The translations under genes were made by a program, and so were the position numbers. The notes under the pieces were generated by a model. It ran no database searches and was not told the DNA's origin. It saw nothing but the letters and a program-made list of their open reading frames with translations. Shown one piece after another: positions 50,011 through 60,002 of a stretch of 64,000 nt of DNA. This stretch comes from an uncultured Bacillota bacterium. Lineage in GTDB: Bacteria > Bacillota_I > Bacilli_A > RF39 > UBA660. The stretch is taken from NCBI GenBank assembly GCA_947644695.1, contig CANSAJ010000003.1, positions 8,424 through 72,423 of the forward strand, given 5' to 3'. Positions within the stretch are counted from its first letter, which is position 1. Every line of letters begins with the position of its first letter.

Positions 50011-50666
50011 ATTAATATATAGCCTTGACCTTTCCTTGTTTGTATATTATCTTCTAAGCCTAAGCTTTTAAGTTTGGTTCTTAATCTGCTAATATTTACA
50101 GTTAGAGCCCCATCGTTAATGTATTCATTATTATCCCATAAGTCCGTCATTAATTCGTCTCTAGTTACTATTGTGTTTTTATGATTTAAAAGATAAGTGA
50201 ATATTATCATTTCATTTTTAGTTAGTATTATTTCTATTTTGCCATTTGTTATTGTTCCCTTTTTTATGTTTATTTTGCAATTTTCATAATTAGTAATACT
50301 CATATTATTTTCTATTCTTTTTATTATAGCATTTATTCTTAATAAAAGTATTGTAGGGTTATATGGCTTGTTTATATAATCGTCTGCACCATAGCTCATG
50401 GATAGTACTTCATCTGTTTCAGTATTTCTGCTTGTTAACATTATTATTGGAGTGTTTATAACTTTTCTTAATTCTTGAAGTAATACTTCTCCATTTGTAT
50501 ATGGAATATTTATATCAAGTAAGATTAAATCTGGAGATAATTTTATTATTTCTTCTTTTGCATTTTTAAAATCTTTTAAAACAATAGGAGTATAGCCAGC
50601 ATTTTGTAATAAATTACTTAGTTCTTCGCACATTAATTTATCATCTTCAATTATTAGTATTTTCAT
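50007..50666 (-). CDS. OmpR-family response regulator (BceR-like)
   Basis: Receiver domain (DLILLDINIP) + winged-helix C-terminus; 4-nt overlap with the kinase gene. Confidence 0.85.
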   Translation of the reverse strand: MKILIIEDDKLMCEELSNLLQNAGYTPIVLKDFKNAKEEIIKLSPDLILLDINIPYTNGEVLLQELRKVINTPIIMLTSRNTETDEVLSMSYGADDYINKPYNPTILLLRINAIIKRIENNMSITNYENCKINIKKGTITNGKIEIILTKNEMIIFTYLLNHKNTIVTRDELMTDLWDNNEYINDGALTVNISRLRTKLKSLGLEDNIQTRKGQGYILI

Positions 50667-50758
50667 GATAATTACCGCCTTTTTGTTTATATTATAACAC
50701 TTTATATTTATTTTAACCTTACAATGTTGTAAGAAAAAAACATCTATAATGATGCATT

Positions 50759-51766
50759 TTATTTATTTTGGTCTAACCATTCTATTGTGTCTTTTAGTGT
50801 TTCTCTTATGTTTCTTGGATTATAGTCTAAATATTGTTTTGCTTTGTCATGTGAGAAGTTTGAATTTGAGTTTAGAGTATATAATGAATATTTTGTAAAT
50901 AAGGGAGTTTTACGTTTTAAATTATAATACATTTCATAAAATGGAGTTATTAGTTTTACTAGCCAAAGTGGTATTATAAGTTTTATTTTTTTTATGTTTT
51001 TTAATTCACATATAATATCTGCTAGTTCTTTTATTTCATATTTTTTATTTGATAATATAAAGCATTCTCCTGATATATTTCTATTAATACATTTTAATAT
51101 TCCAGATGTTACGTCTCTTACATCAACAAAATCATATCCACCTTTTACTAAAGTTTTTAGATTACCATTTTTTATTTCTTTTATTAGTTCTGTTAAATGA
51201 CTATTGCCATAGTCAAATGGGCCGATTATTCCAGATGGATGTACTATGCAAGCATTTAGATTATTATATTTAACCATGTTTAATACATAATTAGCTGCTT
51301 CTGCTTTTGTTTTAGCATATAAACCGATTACTTTATTTTTATCAAAGTTAGTTATTTCAGTCATTATTTTGTTATTAGGTTTTTCAGGTATAGCATGAAC
51401 ACTACTGACGTAGATTAATTTTGCATTTTTTTCTAGTACTTTTTTGACTATGTTTTTTGTTCCATTAACATTTACTTCATAAACATCTTGATTATGTTTT
51501 GATTTTATATATACTATTGCAGCACAGTGTATAACTACTAATTCTTGGTTTTCATTAATGTTAAATATCTCTGTTAAAGTATCATATTCTCTTACATCTC
51601 CATAATATATTTTACAGTTAAAATCTTTTAAAATATCAGTATTTTGGTTTGGTAATATTAAAGCTCTTATTTCAAATTCTTTATTCAATGAAAGTTCTCT
51701 TATTATATTATTTCCTAAAAATCCATTAGCGCCTGTTATTATAAATATTTTTTTTATTCTTTTCAC
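50759..51766 (-). CDS. NAD(P)-dependent epimerase/dehydratase-family oxidoreductase
   Basis: N-terminal Rossmann motif ITGANGFLGNNI; 335 aa. Confidence 0.7.
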   Translation of the reverse strand: MKRIKKIFIITGANGFLGNNIIRELSLNKEFEIRALILPNQNTDILKDFNCKIYYGDVREYDTLTEIFNINENQELVVIHCAAIVYIKSKHNQDVYEVNVNGTKNIVKKVLEKNAKLIYVSSVHAIPEKPNNKIMTEITNFDKNKVIGLYAKTKAEAANYVLNMVKYNNLNACIVHPSGIIGPFDYGNSHLTELIKEIKNGNLKTLVKGGYDFVDVRDVTSGILKCINRNISGECFILSNKKYEIKELADIICELKNIKKIKLIIPLWLVKLITPFYEMYYNLKRKTPLFTKYSLYTLNSNSNFSHDKAKQYLDYNPRNIRETLKDTIEWLDQNK

Positions 51767-51903
51767 CTTCTTAAAGTTTTATTATACTTAATATTATAGC
51801 ATATATTAATAAATTAAATTCAAAGAAATTGGTGGTAATAGAAAAAGATTAACAATTTATTTTTTAATAATCTTTAGTTTCCTTTTAATTATCATTTTAC
51901 TGC

Positions 51904-53868
51904 TTATCTATTTTTTTCAATAAATTCTTTTATATAATCTGCTGTTTGTTCAACTCCAAGTTTATCAACATTTATCATAAGATCATAGTTTTCTAAATTA
52001 TACCATTCTCTATTAGTATAATATTTATAATGTTTTTCTCTGGATTTATTAATACTTTTTATTTCTTTTAGTGCATTAGCTTTTTCTAGTCCGTAATATT
52101 TTACAGCTCGGTTGATTTTTGATTTATCATCACTATATAAAAATATTTTTAATGTATATTTATTATCTTTTAAAATATAATCAGCACATCTACCTACTAT
52201 TACAAATGATTCTTTTTGTGCTAATTTTTTTATTACATTACTTTCAGCGATGAATAAGCGGTCATCATTTTCACTTTTTCTTTTTGTTTCATCTCTTTCA
52301 GTTATATATTTCTGTGATAATCCAGATTCTTTAGCTGATAATGATATTATTTCTTTGTCATAAAAGTTAATTCCTAAGGAATCTGCTAATAGTTTGCCTA
52401 CATATCTTCCTCCTGATGCATATTCACGTGAAATAGTTATTATTATATGTTTTCCATTATATTTATTTTTACATGTTGGTTCTTCTATTAAGTTTAGGTC
52501 TTTATTTTTACCTAAGTTTTTGTATTCTGAACCTACTAGGAAGATAGCTATTATAAAGCATAAAATATCTGAAATACATCCTGCATATAAAACTCCATAT
52601 ATTCCTTTTTTCAAAACAATACATAGAAATAATGATATAGGTATTAATAATATTATTTGTCTTATAAATGATAAAGCTGTTGCTTTTTTTACTTTTCCTA
52701 AAGATTGTATAAGTATGCTTCCAGTCATTTCAAATGCATTTAAAGCAGTTAGTAAAAGAAATGAGTGACACATTAATTCTGCAAATTCCATGAATAATTC
52801 GTAATTAGGGTCTGTACTAGATATAAATATTCCTGCTAGGTTTTTAGGAAATAAGACGAATATTAAATTAAATATAATTCCTACTGTTAAATTTATTATT
52901 AAGACTTTTTTTATAGTTTCTTTAACTCTTATTTCATTTCCTGAGCCATAGTTAAAACCTACAATTGGTTGTGCGCCTATTGATATACCCAGAACAGTAG
53001 ATATAAATAGACTATTTATTTTAGATATAACTCCATAAACAGATAATGGTATATCTTCTCCAAATTTAGATAAAGCTCCATATTTTGTCATCATATTATT
53101 CATAAATACAAATAGTACTAATACTGTTCCTTGTGTTATGAAAGAAGATAATCCTAAAGATAATATTTTAAAGATATTTTTATCTAGTTTAAAAGATTTT
53201 TTATTTAATGTAATAGATTTGAATTTTTTTAAATATAATAATGCTATTATAAATGATACTATTTGTCCTATGATAGTTGCTAATGCTCCACCTTTTACTC
53301 CTAATTTAAATATAAAAATGAATATAGGGTCTAAAATTATGTTTATAATTGCGCCTATTATTAACATTATCATTGAGTATTTTGGAGAACCGTCAGCGCG
53401 TATAATGTTAGAAAGTGAAGAATATATAATCATAAATGGAGCACCTATAATAATAATTCTTCCATAATCTAAGGCATATTTATAAACATTGTCAGTGCAT
53501 CCAAATAGGTATACTAATTTTGGTAAAAATATGTACGATGTTACACTAAGTAATATTGATATTATGAACGTAATAATTAATGATTGGCCTATACTTTTTG
53601 AAGCTTCGTCTTTTTTACCTTCTCCTAATTTTAAAGACATATTTGATGCTGCACCTGTTCCAACTAAACTTGCGAAAGCATTAAATATTATTATTAGTGG
53701 AAATATAACATTTGTTGAACCATTTCCTAAAGTTCCTACACCTTTTCCTATGAATATTTGATCAACTATATTATATATTGAATTTATTAACATACTAATT
53801 ACACATGGTATAGAAAATGATATTAATAATTTATTAATGTTTTCTTTTCCTAAATCTAATTTTTTCAT
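51904..53868 (-). CDS. MATE efflux transporter fused to a C-terminal cytidylate-kinase-like domain
   Basis: First ~450 aa is a 12-TM MATE; the C-terminal ~200 aa (IIITISREYASGGRYVGKLLADSLGINFYDKEII...) is a cytidylate-kinase-like P-loop domain in the same frame. Confidence 0.65.
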   Translation of the reverse strand: MKKLDLGKENINKLLISFSIPCVISMLINSIYNIVDQIFIGKGVGTLGNGSTNVIFPLIIIFNAFASLVGTGAASNMSLKLGEGKKDEASKSIGQSLIITFIISILLSVTSYIFLPKLVYLFGCTDNVYKYALDYGRIIIIGAPFMIIYSSLSNIIRADGSPKYSMIMLIIGAIINIILDPIFIFIFKLGVKGGALATIIGQIVSFIIALLYLKKFKSITLNKKSFKLDKNIFKILSLGLSSFITQGTVLVLFVFMNNMMTKYGALSKFGEDIPLSVYGVISKINSLFISTVLGISIGAQPIVGFNYGSGNEIRVKETIKKVLIINLTVGIIFNLIFVLFPKNLAGIFISSTDPNYELFMEFAELMCHSFLLLTALNAFEMTGSILIQSLGKVKKATALSFIRQIILLIPISLFLCIVLKKGIYGVLYAGCISDILCFIIAIFLVGSEYKNLGKNKDLNLIEEPTCKNKYNGKHIIITISREYASGGRYVGKLLADSLGINFYDKEIISLSAKESGLSQKYITERDETKRKSENDDRLFIAESNVIKKLAQKESFVIVGRCADYILKDNKYTLKIFLYSDDKSKINRAVKYYGLEKANALKEIKSINKSREKHYKYYTNREWYNLENYDLMINVDKLGVEQTADYIKEFIEKNR

Positions 53869-53959
53869 CTTTTCCTCCTTTTTGACTAAAATAGTTTATC
53901 ACAAAAAAAAATTTAGTGTAAGAAAAAATTTATTTATTCACTAAATTTTTTATTTTCTA

Positions 53960-54371
53960 TTAGCTATTGGTTTTTGTAATTATTGGTTTTCCATCTTTAT
54001 CTATTATTGGTGTTATAGCAAGTCCGTATCCACTTTTTATTAATAGATAATTAACTCCTGTTTCCATGTCTACTAATATTTGTTTTACACCGTCTTCTTT
54101 TAAAGAACTTCCTTCTTTTGAAACTGATATAAATCGGTTATATTTATTACTCATCTTCCTTCTCCTTTTCATTAGTTAATAATTCTAATGCTTTTTTATA
54201 TAAAGGGTCTAATTCACAGCCACAGTTTCCACATTCAGCATCTGCTTCTTTTATCGCAGATATTAATTCATCTGTATTTTCTTTTCCATCTAACCATGCT
54301 TGTGATGGTGTAGCGATTAAATCCCAACCTGAAGATACAAATTTCTCCATGATTTCTTTTAATTCATTCAT
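53960..54371 (-). CDS. Two small hypothetical proteins (53960..54172 and 54147..54371)
   Basis: 70 and 74 aa, overlapping; the second has a CGNCGC motif. Confidence 0.35.
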
Positions 54372-54463
54372 TTAATTTAAGTTCCTTTCTAAATAAATAT
54401 ATTTATATTATATCACATACTAACTTTCTTATATTTATTTATTACAAAAAATGTAAACTTTTA

Positions 54464-55129
54464 TTAGAATTCATTTTCTAATATATTATTTAGAAATTCA
54501 GTAATATCAACCTCTTTATCTTTAAAAATAACTTTGTTAGGACTCTCATTATTTATTAATAAAATTCCTTTAAGTATATCGTATTCTATATAACAGCAAT
54601 CATTTATTTTTAAAGTTTTATCTTTTAATTTTATTTTAGGTATATCAAAAATCATTGCGAGTTCGCTTCCTATATTTTTTTCTTTTACTCTAAATAAGCG
54701 ACCACAATATAAGCATAAATGAGTACTATGCGGAGTATAAGCGAATTTTCCATTGTCAGAATGATAACGTTTACAATGGTTACACTTTACTAATTCTAAA
54801 GGTAAATCATTTAATTTTGATAGTAATATTCCACCTAAATCTTTATAAGTTAAAATACAATCATCATATTCTAGAGTTCCATTAAATATAGAGTCATTTA
54901 TTATTATTTTAGGTATAACATTTTCTATTATATTTTCATATATAATTTTTATACTTTTTATATTATTTTCTTTAATATTTAATTTATTATCGTATATTTC
55001 TTTATCTTTACAAAGACATTTATTTAGTTTATTTCCTAGTTTGTCATAAGCAAAAGACTTATGAACTGTACAATAATATTTGGTTATTCCTTGTCTTGAT
55101 TTTCCAATATATTCTATATTACATTTCAT
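54464..55129 (-). CDS. Cys-rich hypothetical protein (221 aa)
   Basis: C-x2-C / CNHCKRYH / CLYCG motifs suggest a zinc-binding fold. Confidence 0.4.
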   Translation of the reverse strand: MKCNIEYIGKSRQGITKYYCTVHKSFAYDKLGNKLNKCLCKDKEIYDNKLNIKENNIKSIKIIYENIIENVIPKIIINDSIFNGTLEYDDCILTYKDLGGILLSKLNDLPLELVKCNHCKRYHSDNGKFAYTPHSTHLCLYCGRLFRVKEKNIGSELAMIFDIPKIKLKDKTLKINDCCYIEYDILKGILLINNESPNKVIFKDKEVDITEFLNNILENEF

Positions 55130-55176
55130 TATTTTACCTCCATTTTATAAAACATATTACTTAGAATATAATTAAA

Positions 55177-55476
55177 CTAATACTTTTTAATTAATTTAGA
55201 TATTAATGCTTTACATGTGTTCATTTGAATGCAAGCATAAAAATTATTGGTTACTTCTTTTCCTTTTCCTATAGTTGTTGCGTTATTTGCATCTTCTTCT
55301 GTTTCCCATAATACAAAATCAGTCCAAGTGTCTCCGTCTTTATAGTGTTCCCAGGAAATAAATCCTGCAGCTTTAGAAATAATTTCATCATGTAATTTTT
55401 GAGTTAATTCTATAAATTGTTCTTCGTTTATATCTTTCTTAAGTTTATAGGAAAATATCCATGCTGTTTTATTCAT
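55177..55476 (-). CDS. Small hypothetical protein (99 aa; possibly a stress-responsive alpha/beta-barrel/ABM-like fold)
   Basis: Size and composition only. Confidence 0.3.
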   Translation of the reverse strand: MNKTAWIFSYKLKKDINEEQFIELTQKLHDEIISKAAGFISWEHYKDGDTWTDFVLWETEEDANNATTIGKGKEVTNNFYACIQMNTCKALISKLIKKY

Positions 55477-55478
55477 TA

Positions 55479-56486
55479 TTAATCCTCCTTTTTATTTATG
55501 TAATATTTATCAAATATTTTTGTTATTTTATCTAAATCAAAACCTTGTTTTATCATTTTTTCTTTTCTTTTATTATACATTTGTATAAATATTTTTTCTT
55601 TTTCTTCTTTAACAGCATAGTGTACTTTTCTATGACATAGTGGACACACAGCTATAATATTAAATAGACTATCAAGTTTTGTATGTATAAAATCTTTTTG
55701 TGCATTTAAAGGAATGATGTGGTGACATTCTAAATATTGGTGTTCTCCTGATGCACATGTAAATGTTTTATGGCTACAATCAATTTCACAATTATAATGA
55801 GCTAATTCCATTCTAGTTGCTTTTAATTTAGGGTCTGTTTTTACTCTTCCCTTTTTACTACTTTTGTTAGGTTTATTTTCATAAGTAAAGACTTGTTTTT
55901 CTATTTCTTCTATTTCTTTTTTGCTGTATCCTTTTATTAAACCACGACTTATTTCTTCAAATTGTTCTTGTTCCTCTTCAATTACTTCTAATTCTTCTAT
56001 TTTATTTGATGTTTCATTTCTGTGTACTTTAACAATTTCATTAATTTTTTTATCGTTAATTTTTTTTAAGAAAAAATCAGCTATATGTTCTTCCATTGGA
56101 TATAAATATCCCATTTTAGCTAATCCAGCTTTTGTGAAAGGATTTTTATCAAGATCTATTTTTGACATATATTTGCTTTTATAATCAATGTAATGAAATG
56201 ATTCTGATAATTCGTGATATTCTATATCTACTTTAAAGCCTATTTGGTTCCATTTTCCTTCTAAAGAAGCAGGTATAACAGATTCATAACCATTACTTTT
56301 TGCTATTCCTATTGCCTTAATAAATCCTTTTTTATTACAAAATATTATGTCGCCTTTTTTTACATTTTCAACATTAGACCAGTGATCACAAGATGATCCT
56401 TTTGCATTATATTTAGGTGCGTATATAAAATTACCTTCTAACTCTTCTTTAAAAGACTTACCCTGATTAACAAACCAAAAATTCAT
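55479..56486 (-). CDS. PUA/EVE-like N-terminal domain + C-terminal HNH nuclease (candidate modification-dependent type IV-like restriction endonuclease)
   Basis: C-terminus HYNCEIDCSHK ... EHQYLECHHIIPL ... NIIAVCPLCHRKVH is a full HNH motif; N-terminus FWFVNQGKSF ... VKKGDIIFCNKKGFIKAIGIAKS resembles EVE/PUA-like modified-base reader domains. Confidence 0.5.
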   Translation of the reverse strand: MNFWFVNQGKSFKEELEGNFIYAPKYNAKGSSCDHWSNVENVKKGDIIFCNKKGFIKAIGIAKSNGYESVIPASLEGKWNQIGFKVDIEYHELSESFHYIDYKSKYMSKIDLDKNPFTKAGLAKMGYLYPMEEHIADFFLKKINDKKINEIVKVHRNETSNKIEELEVIEEEQEQFEEISRGLIKGYSKKEIEEIEKQVFTYENKPNKSSKKGRVKTDPKLKATRMELAHYNCEIDCSHKTFTCASGEHQYLECHHIIPLNAQKDFIHTKLDSLFNIIAVCPLCHRKVHYAVKEEKEKIFIQMYNKRKEKMIKQGFDLDKITKIFDKYYINKKED

Positions 56487-56890
56487 AATTTCATCTCCTT
56501 AATGTATTTAGCTAAAGGAATATCAGCTGGAGCTAAGTCATAATTTAATAGTTCATTTAAATCTATATATTTATACTCTGAATGATCATGCAAATTAAAT
56601 TCACCTGAAATATATTTACATTTATATAATTTTAAATCTACTATTTTTGTAGAATATTCACATATACTATTTGTTATAAATTTTTCTGCTTTAATTTTTA
56701 ATTCAAATTCTTCTTTTATTTCTCTTTCGATGGCATTAGTTTCAGATTCTCCAAGTTCTACTTTACCTCCTGGAAATTCCCATTTACCTAATACTTCTTC
56801 ATCTCCTGTTTTGCGTTTTGCTAGTAAGACTTTTTCTTCTTTAATTATTAAAGCTGCGACTACAATTACTCTTTTCTTCATGCGTTCCAC
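56483..56890 (-). CDS. NUDIX hydrolase
   Basis: Nudix box GKWEFPGGKVELGESETNAIEREIKEEF; ATGA overlap with the downstream EVE-HNH gene. Confidence 0.8.
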   Translation of the reverse strand: MERMKKRVIVVAALIIKEEKVLLAKRKTGDEEVLGKWEFPGGKVELGESETNAIEREIKEEFELKIKAEKFITNSICEYSTKIVDLKLYKCKYISGEFNLHDHSEYKYIDLNELLNYDLAPADIPLAKYIKEMKL

Positions 56891-56993
56891 CTAAATAAAT
56901 TGTATCAAACTTTTAGTTAAAAGTCTGCGGTTTTAAATTAAAGTTATTATATTTTAATTATTCCTAGAATTAATTAAAAATTTTTAAAATTAT

Positions 56994-57536
56994 CTATATC
57001 CCAAATTCTTTTGCGTATTCAACTATACCTTCTATTTCTAACTCATTTAATTTTATAGCCATAAAATTTTCTGGTGATACTTTAAAGGGTGCTTTTATGT
57101 TATATGTTATAGATGGAAGATAATTAAACTTTGAATAATATTTTTGATCTCCTAAAACAATGGAGTAATGATAATTTAAATTTCTTGCTATTTCATGACC
57201 TCTTTCAATTAAATTTTTTCCTATTCCTTTTCTTTGGTATTCGGGTAATACCGCGAGTGGAGCTAAACAAATTTCTTCATATTTTCCTATCTTTATTTTT
57301 GTAAATAAAATATATCCCACTATTTTATTATCTAAAACTGCGACTAATGATAAATCTGGAATAAAATTTTCACTTTTTCTTAATGCTACGACTAAATCTT
57401 GTTCGTTTCCATCGCTATGTTCGGCTGTTTCAAAAGCGACTTTTACGACATTATATACTTCGTTAAAATCTTTCTTTGTTTCTTTTCTTATTTCTAGCAC
57501 TGTATTATCCTCCAACTCTTTAATATTTATTTTCAT
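56994..57536 (-). CDS. GNAT family N-acetyltransferase
   Basis: QRKGIGKNLIERGHEIARNLNY acetyl-CoA binding motif. Confidence 0.7.
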   Translation of the reverse strand: MKINIKELEDNTVLEIRKETKKDFNEVYNVVKVAFETAEHSDGNEQDLVVALRKSENFIPDLSLVAVLDNKIVGYILFTKIKIGKYEEICLAPLAVLPEYQRKGIGKNLIERGHEIARNLNYHYSIVLGDQKYYSKFNYLPSITYNIKAPFKVSPENFMAIKLNELEIEGIVEYAKEFGI

Positions 57537-57592
57537 GTAGTCTCTACTAATAAAAATTTAAAAATAATCTTGCGTATATATTTTAATTTAAA

Positions 57593-58012
57593 TTAGATTA
57601 TATCAAAGCTTTCTGTTTTTAAGTCACAATAATATCTACCACTAGCAGCAGTAAATTTTAAAACACAATAGTCTGGGTCGGTTACACCTTTTTTATAAAA
57701 TATTGTATCTCCTTTTTTCCAAATCATATTTTTGGTTTCTTGATCTGTTAATACTTCCATTTTACCTTTTAACATAACACCAATATATTTTATTAATCCT
57801 TTGTGATAAAAATAAATACTAGCATTACTATTATTTTTATATTGACTAACTCTCATAGATGAAGTATTAGTAGAAAAATAAAATTCTTTTAGTCCAATTC
57901 TTTTTCTTGGTTTTAGCATTGCTTTTACATTAGGATAATTTTCATCATCTATAGAACATATAAAACTGACTTTTTGTTTATCAATAAATTTTTCTATTTT
58001 CTTTAAGTCCAT
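57593..58012 (-). CDS. Pyridoxamine 5'-phosphate oxidase-like FMN-binding split-barrel protein
   Basis: 139 aa with the small split-barrel family pattern. Confidence 0.5.
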   Translation of the reverse strand: MDLKKIEKFIDKQKVSFICSIDDENYPNVKAMLKPRKRIGLKEFYFSTNTSSMRVSQYKNNSNASIYFYHKGLIKYIGVMLKGKMEVLTDQETKNMIWKKGDTIFYKKGVTDPDYCVLKFTAASGRYYCDLKTESFDII

Positions 58013-58050
58013 AATATCATCTCACTTTAAGATTATATCACATTAATTTA

Positions 58051-58775
58051 TTAATTACTTTTATAATCAATATTAGCTAGTCTTGCTTTTTTGCACAAAT
58101 TTTTTGTCTCTATTTTATATTGTTTTCCATCTTTTATTGTATATGTTCCACATTGTCTAAACTCAAAATTAACATTTTTTCTCATACACTGCTTTCTAAT
58201 ATCTAATACCCAATCATAGTTAAATACTCTAGCCTTTATATCAGATTCTCCACCTACTACAACTAGTTCAATATCATCAAGATATTTTTCTATATCTATT
58301 CTTTCTAATAACGGCTGTGCAGTTATACATTTGTGTTTTACTGGTAAGTCTTTAAATATTGATAATTTAGAGTCTGCATTTTTTGATTTTCAATGGTACA
58401 ACATACAACTACATTATCATATCCATTATTCCAATCATCTGGAATACATTTTAAAAATCTATCAATTCTTTTTGTTAGAAATATAAAAGTACAGTCTTGT
58501 CTTTCTTTTATCATTTTCCAACATTCATTTCTCCATTCATCCGCCTCTTCAATAAAAAAATCAGATGAAAAGCATAAATAGACAATTCCTGATTTCATTT
58601 TATAATTGCCTTTTTTTGTTTTCATTATTGGTTTTTCAAAATCTTTTGTTTTTATAATTTCATTTGTATTTATATTTCTTTTTGTGTCACCTTTATGAAT
58701 ATAGCAATGTAAACAACCATCACTACATTTTTTACAACCTCTCCATGGATTCCACATTGCCATAATTTTCACCAC
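58051..58775 (-). pseudogene. DUF5131 (phage Gp37/Gp68 family) gene, frameshifted at an A6 run near 58385
   Basis: N-terminus MWNPWRGCKKCSDGCLHCY is the family signature. After the track ORF stops (...ENQKMQTLNYQYLKTYQ*) the -1 frame continues as ENQKNADSKLSIFKDLPVKHKCITAQP ... VVVGGESD ... FEFRQCGTY to 58051. Confidence 0.6.
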
Positions 58776-58777
58776 TT

Positions 58778-59230
58778 CTAAAATCTTGATTTTTCATAAT
58801 TATATGGAATACTTGTTCCAACTACTACATCTTCTATTTTTTCAATGATTAACCAATCGTCCATGTTTCCTTGATGATCAAAATCTAGAGGTGTTATTTC
58901 TTCTACATCTTTAAATTCAACTAAACATAAACATTTCTTGTGCCATCTTTCTTTTTGTTTGTTAGTTAGTTGTAATTTACTATTATTGTCTTCGATTGTT
59001 TTTGTTATTTCTTCATCACTTAATTTAACATAGTTTTGAACATCTGTTACTACAGCTTTTGCTGTTATTTTTTTACTTCCTTTTTCCATAAAATAAAGTT
59101 TTTCATCTTTAAATACTCGACTATGTGGTATTTTTCTTCCCGAGGCACATCTTATAATCATTGTTTTATTACCTTCTAAAATTTTATTTAATACTTTTTC
59201 TTTATTGTCACAATATACTAAATGAACCAT
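58778..59230 (-). CDS. ASCH (PUA-like) domain protein
   Basis: 150 aa; KTMIIRCASGRKIPHSRVFKDEKLYF ASCH-like beta-barrel pattern; 4-nt overlap with the DUF5131 gene start. Confidence 0.5.
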   Translation of the reverse strand: MVHLVYCDNKEKVLNKILEGNKTMIIRCASGRKIPHSRVFKDEKLYFMEKGSKKITAKAVVTDVQNYVKLSDEEITKTIEDNNSKLQLTNKQKERWHKKCLCLVEFKDVEEITPLDFDHQGNMDDWLIIEKIEDVVVGTSIPYNYEKSRF

Positions 59231-59243
59231 AATTTCACCTTTC

Positions 59244-59999
59244 TTACTTATTATTGCATTTAATTAGTTTTTCAAATGAATTAGCATTTAAAATTGTATT
59301 TGAAATAAATTCTCCTTTATAGAAATTTGCCCAGTTATTAAATATGCAGGGAACATTTTTTGCTTTTTCTAGTGAATCTATTTTTATAAAATTTATTTTA
59401 ATGTTATTCTTTTTTGAATATTCAGTTAATTCTTTTACTTCATATTCTACATAAGGGCATTCATTGCTATAATAAATTGTAAATTCTTGATTATCAATTT
59501 TCATAAGTTTAGCGTTATCATTAAATTTAGGAGTCTCATCATCATTAAATTTTAATGCTAATAATTCATAATCTCCAATAGTGTCTACTACTTTAAAGCC
59601 AAAATGCTGAAAGAATTTCTTTTCTCCAATAAATGGTTTTTTCTTTTTAGAAGTTAGAGTACATATTCCACTCATTCCTTTTTGTTTAGAATCATTAATT
59701 GCATATTCTAGCAATTCTTTAGCAATACCATTTCCTTTGAAACTTCCAGCGATCCATAAACAGTAAATATATTCATAATTTTTACCACTTATTGGAACCC
59801 AAGCGGTTTCTATTGGCTCGTATTCAATGAATATTTTTCCTCTAGCGTTTAGTTTTCTAAATACATGTCCATCTCGAAGTTTATTTTTAATCCATTCTTT
59901 TTTACTATCAACGCCATCTTGATGTTTTGGATCACCAATAGCACAACATATATGCTCTTCATCTATATTTTCTGGTGTTAAATTTATATATTCATTCAT
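59244..59999 (-). CDS. GNAT acetyltransferase with YoaP-like C-terminal domain
   Basis: GNGIAKELLEYAINDSKQKG motif A; a C-terminal ~100-aa extra domain. Confidence 0.55.
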   Translation of the reverse strand: MNEYINLTPENIDEEHICCAIGDPKHQDGVDSKKEWIKNKLRDGHVFRKLNARGKIFIEYEPIETAWVPISGKNYEYIYCLWIAGSFKGNGIAKELLEYAINDSKQKGMSGICTLTSKKKKPFIGEKKFFQHFGFKVVDTIGDYELLALKFNDDETPKFNDNAKLMKIDNQEFTIYYSNECPYVEYEVKELTEYSKKNNIKINFIKIDSLEKAKNVPCIFNNWANFYKGEFISNTILNANSFEKLIKCNNK

Positions 60000-60002
60000 T
60001 TT

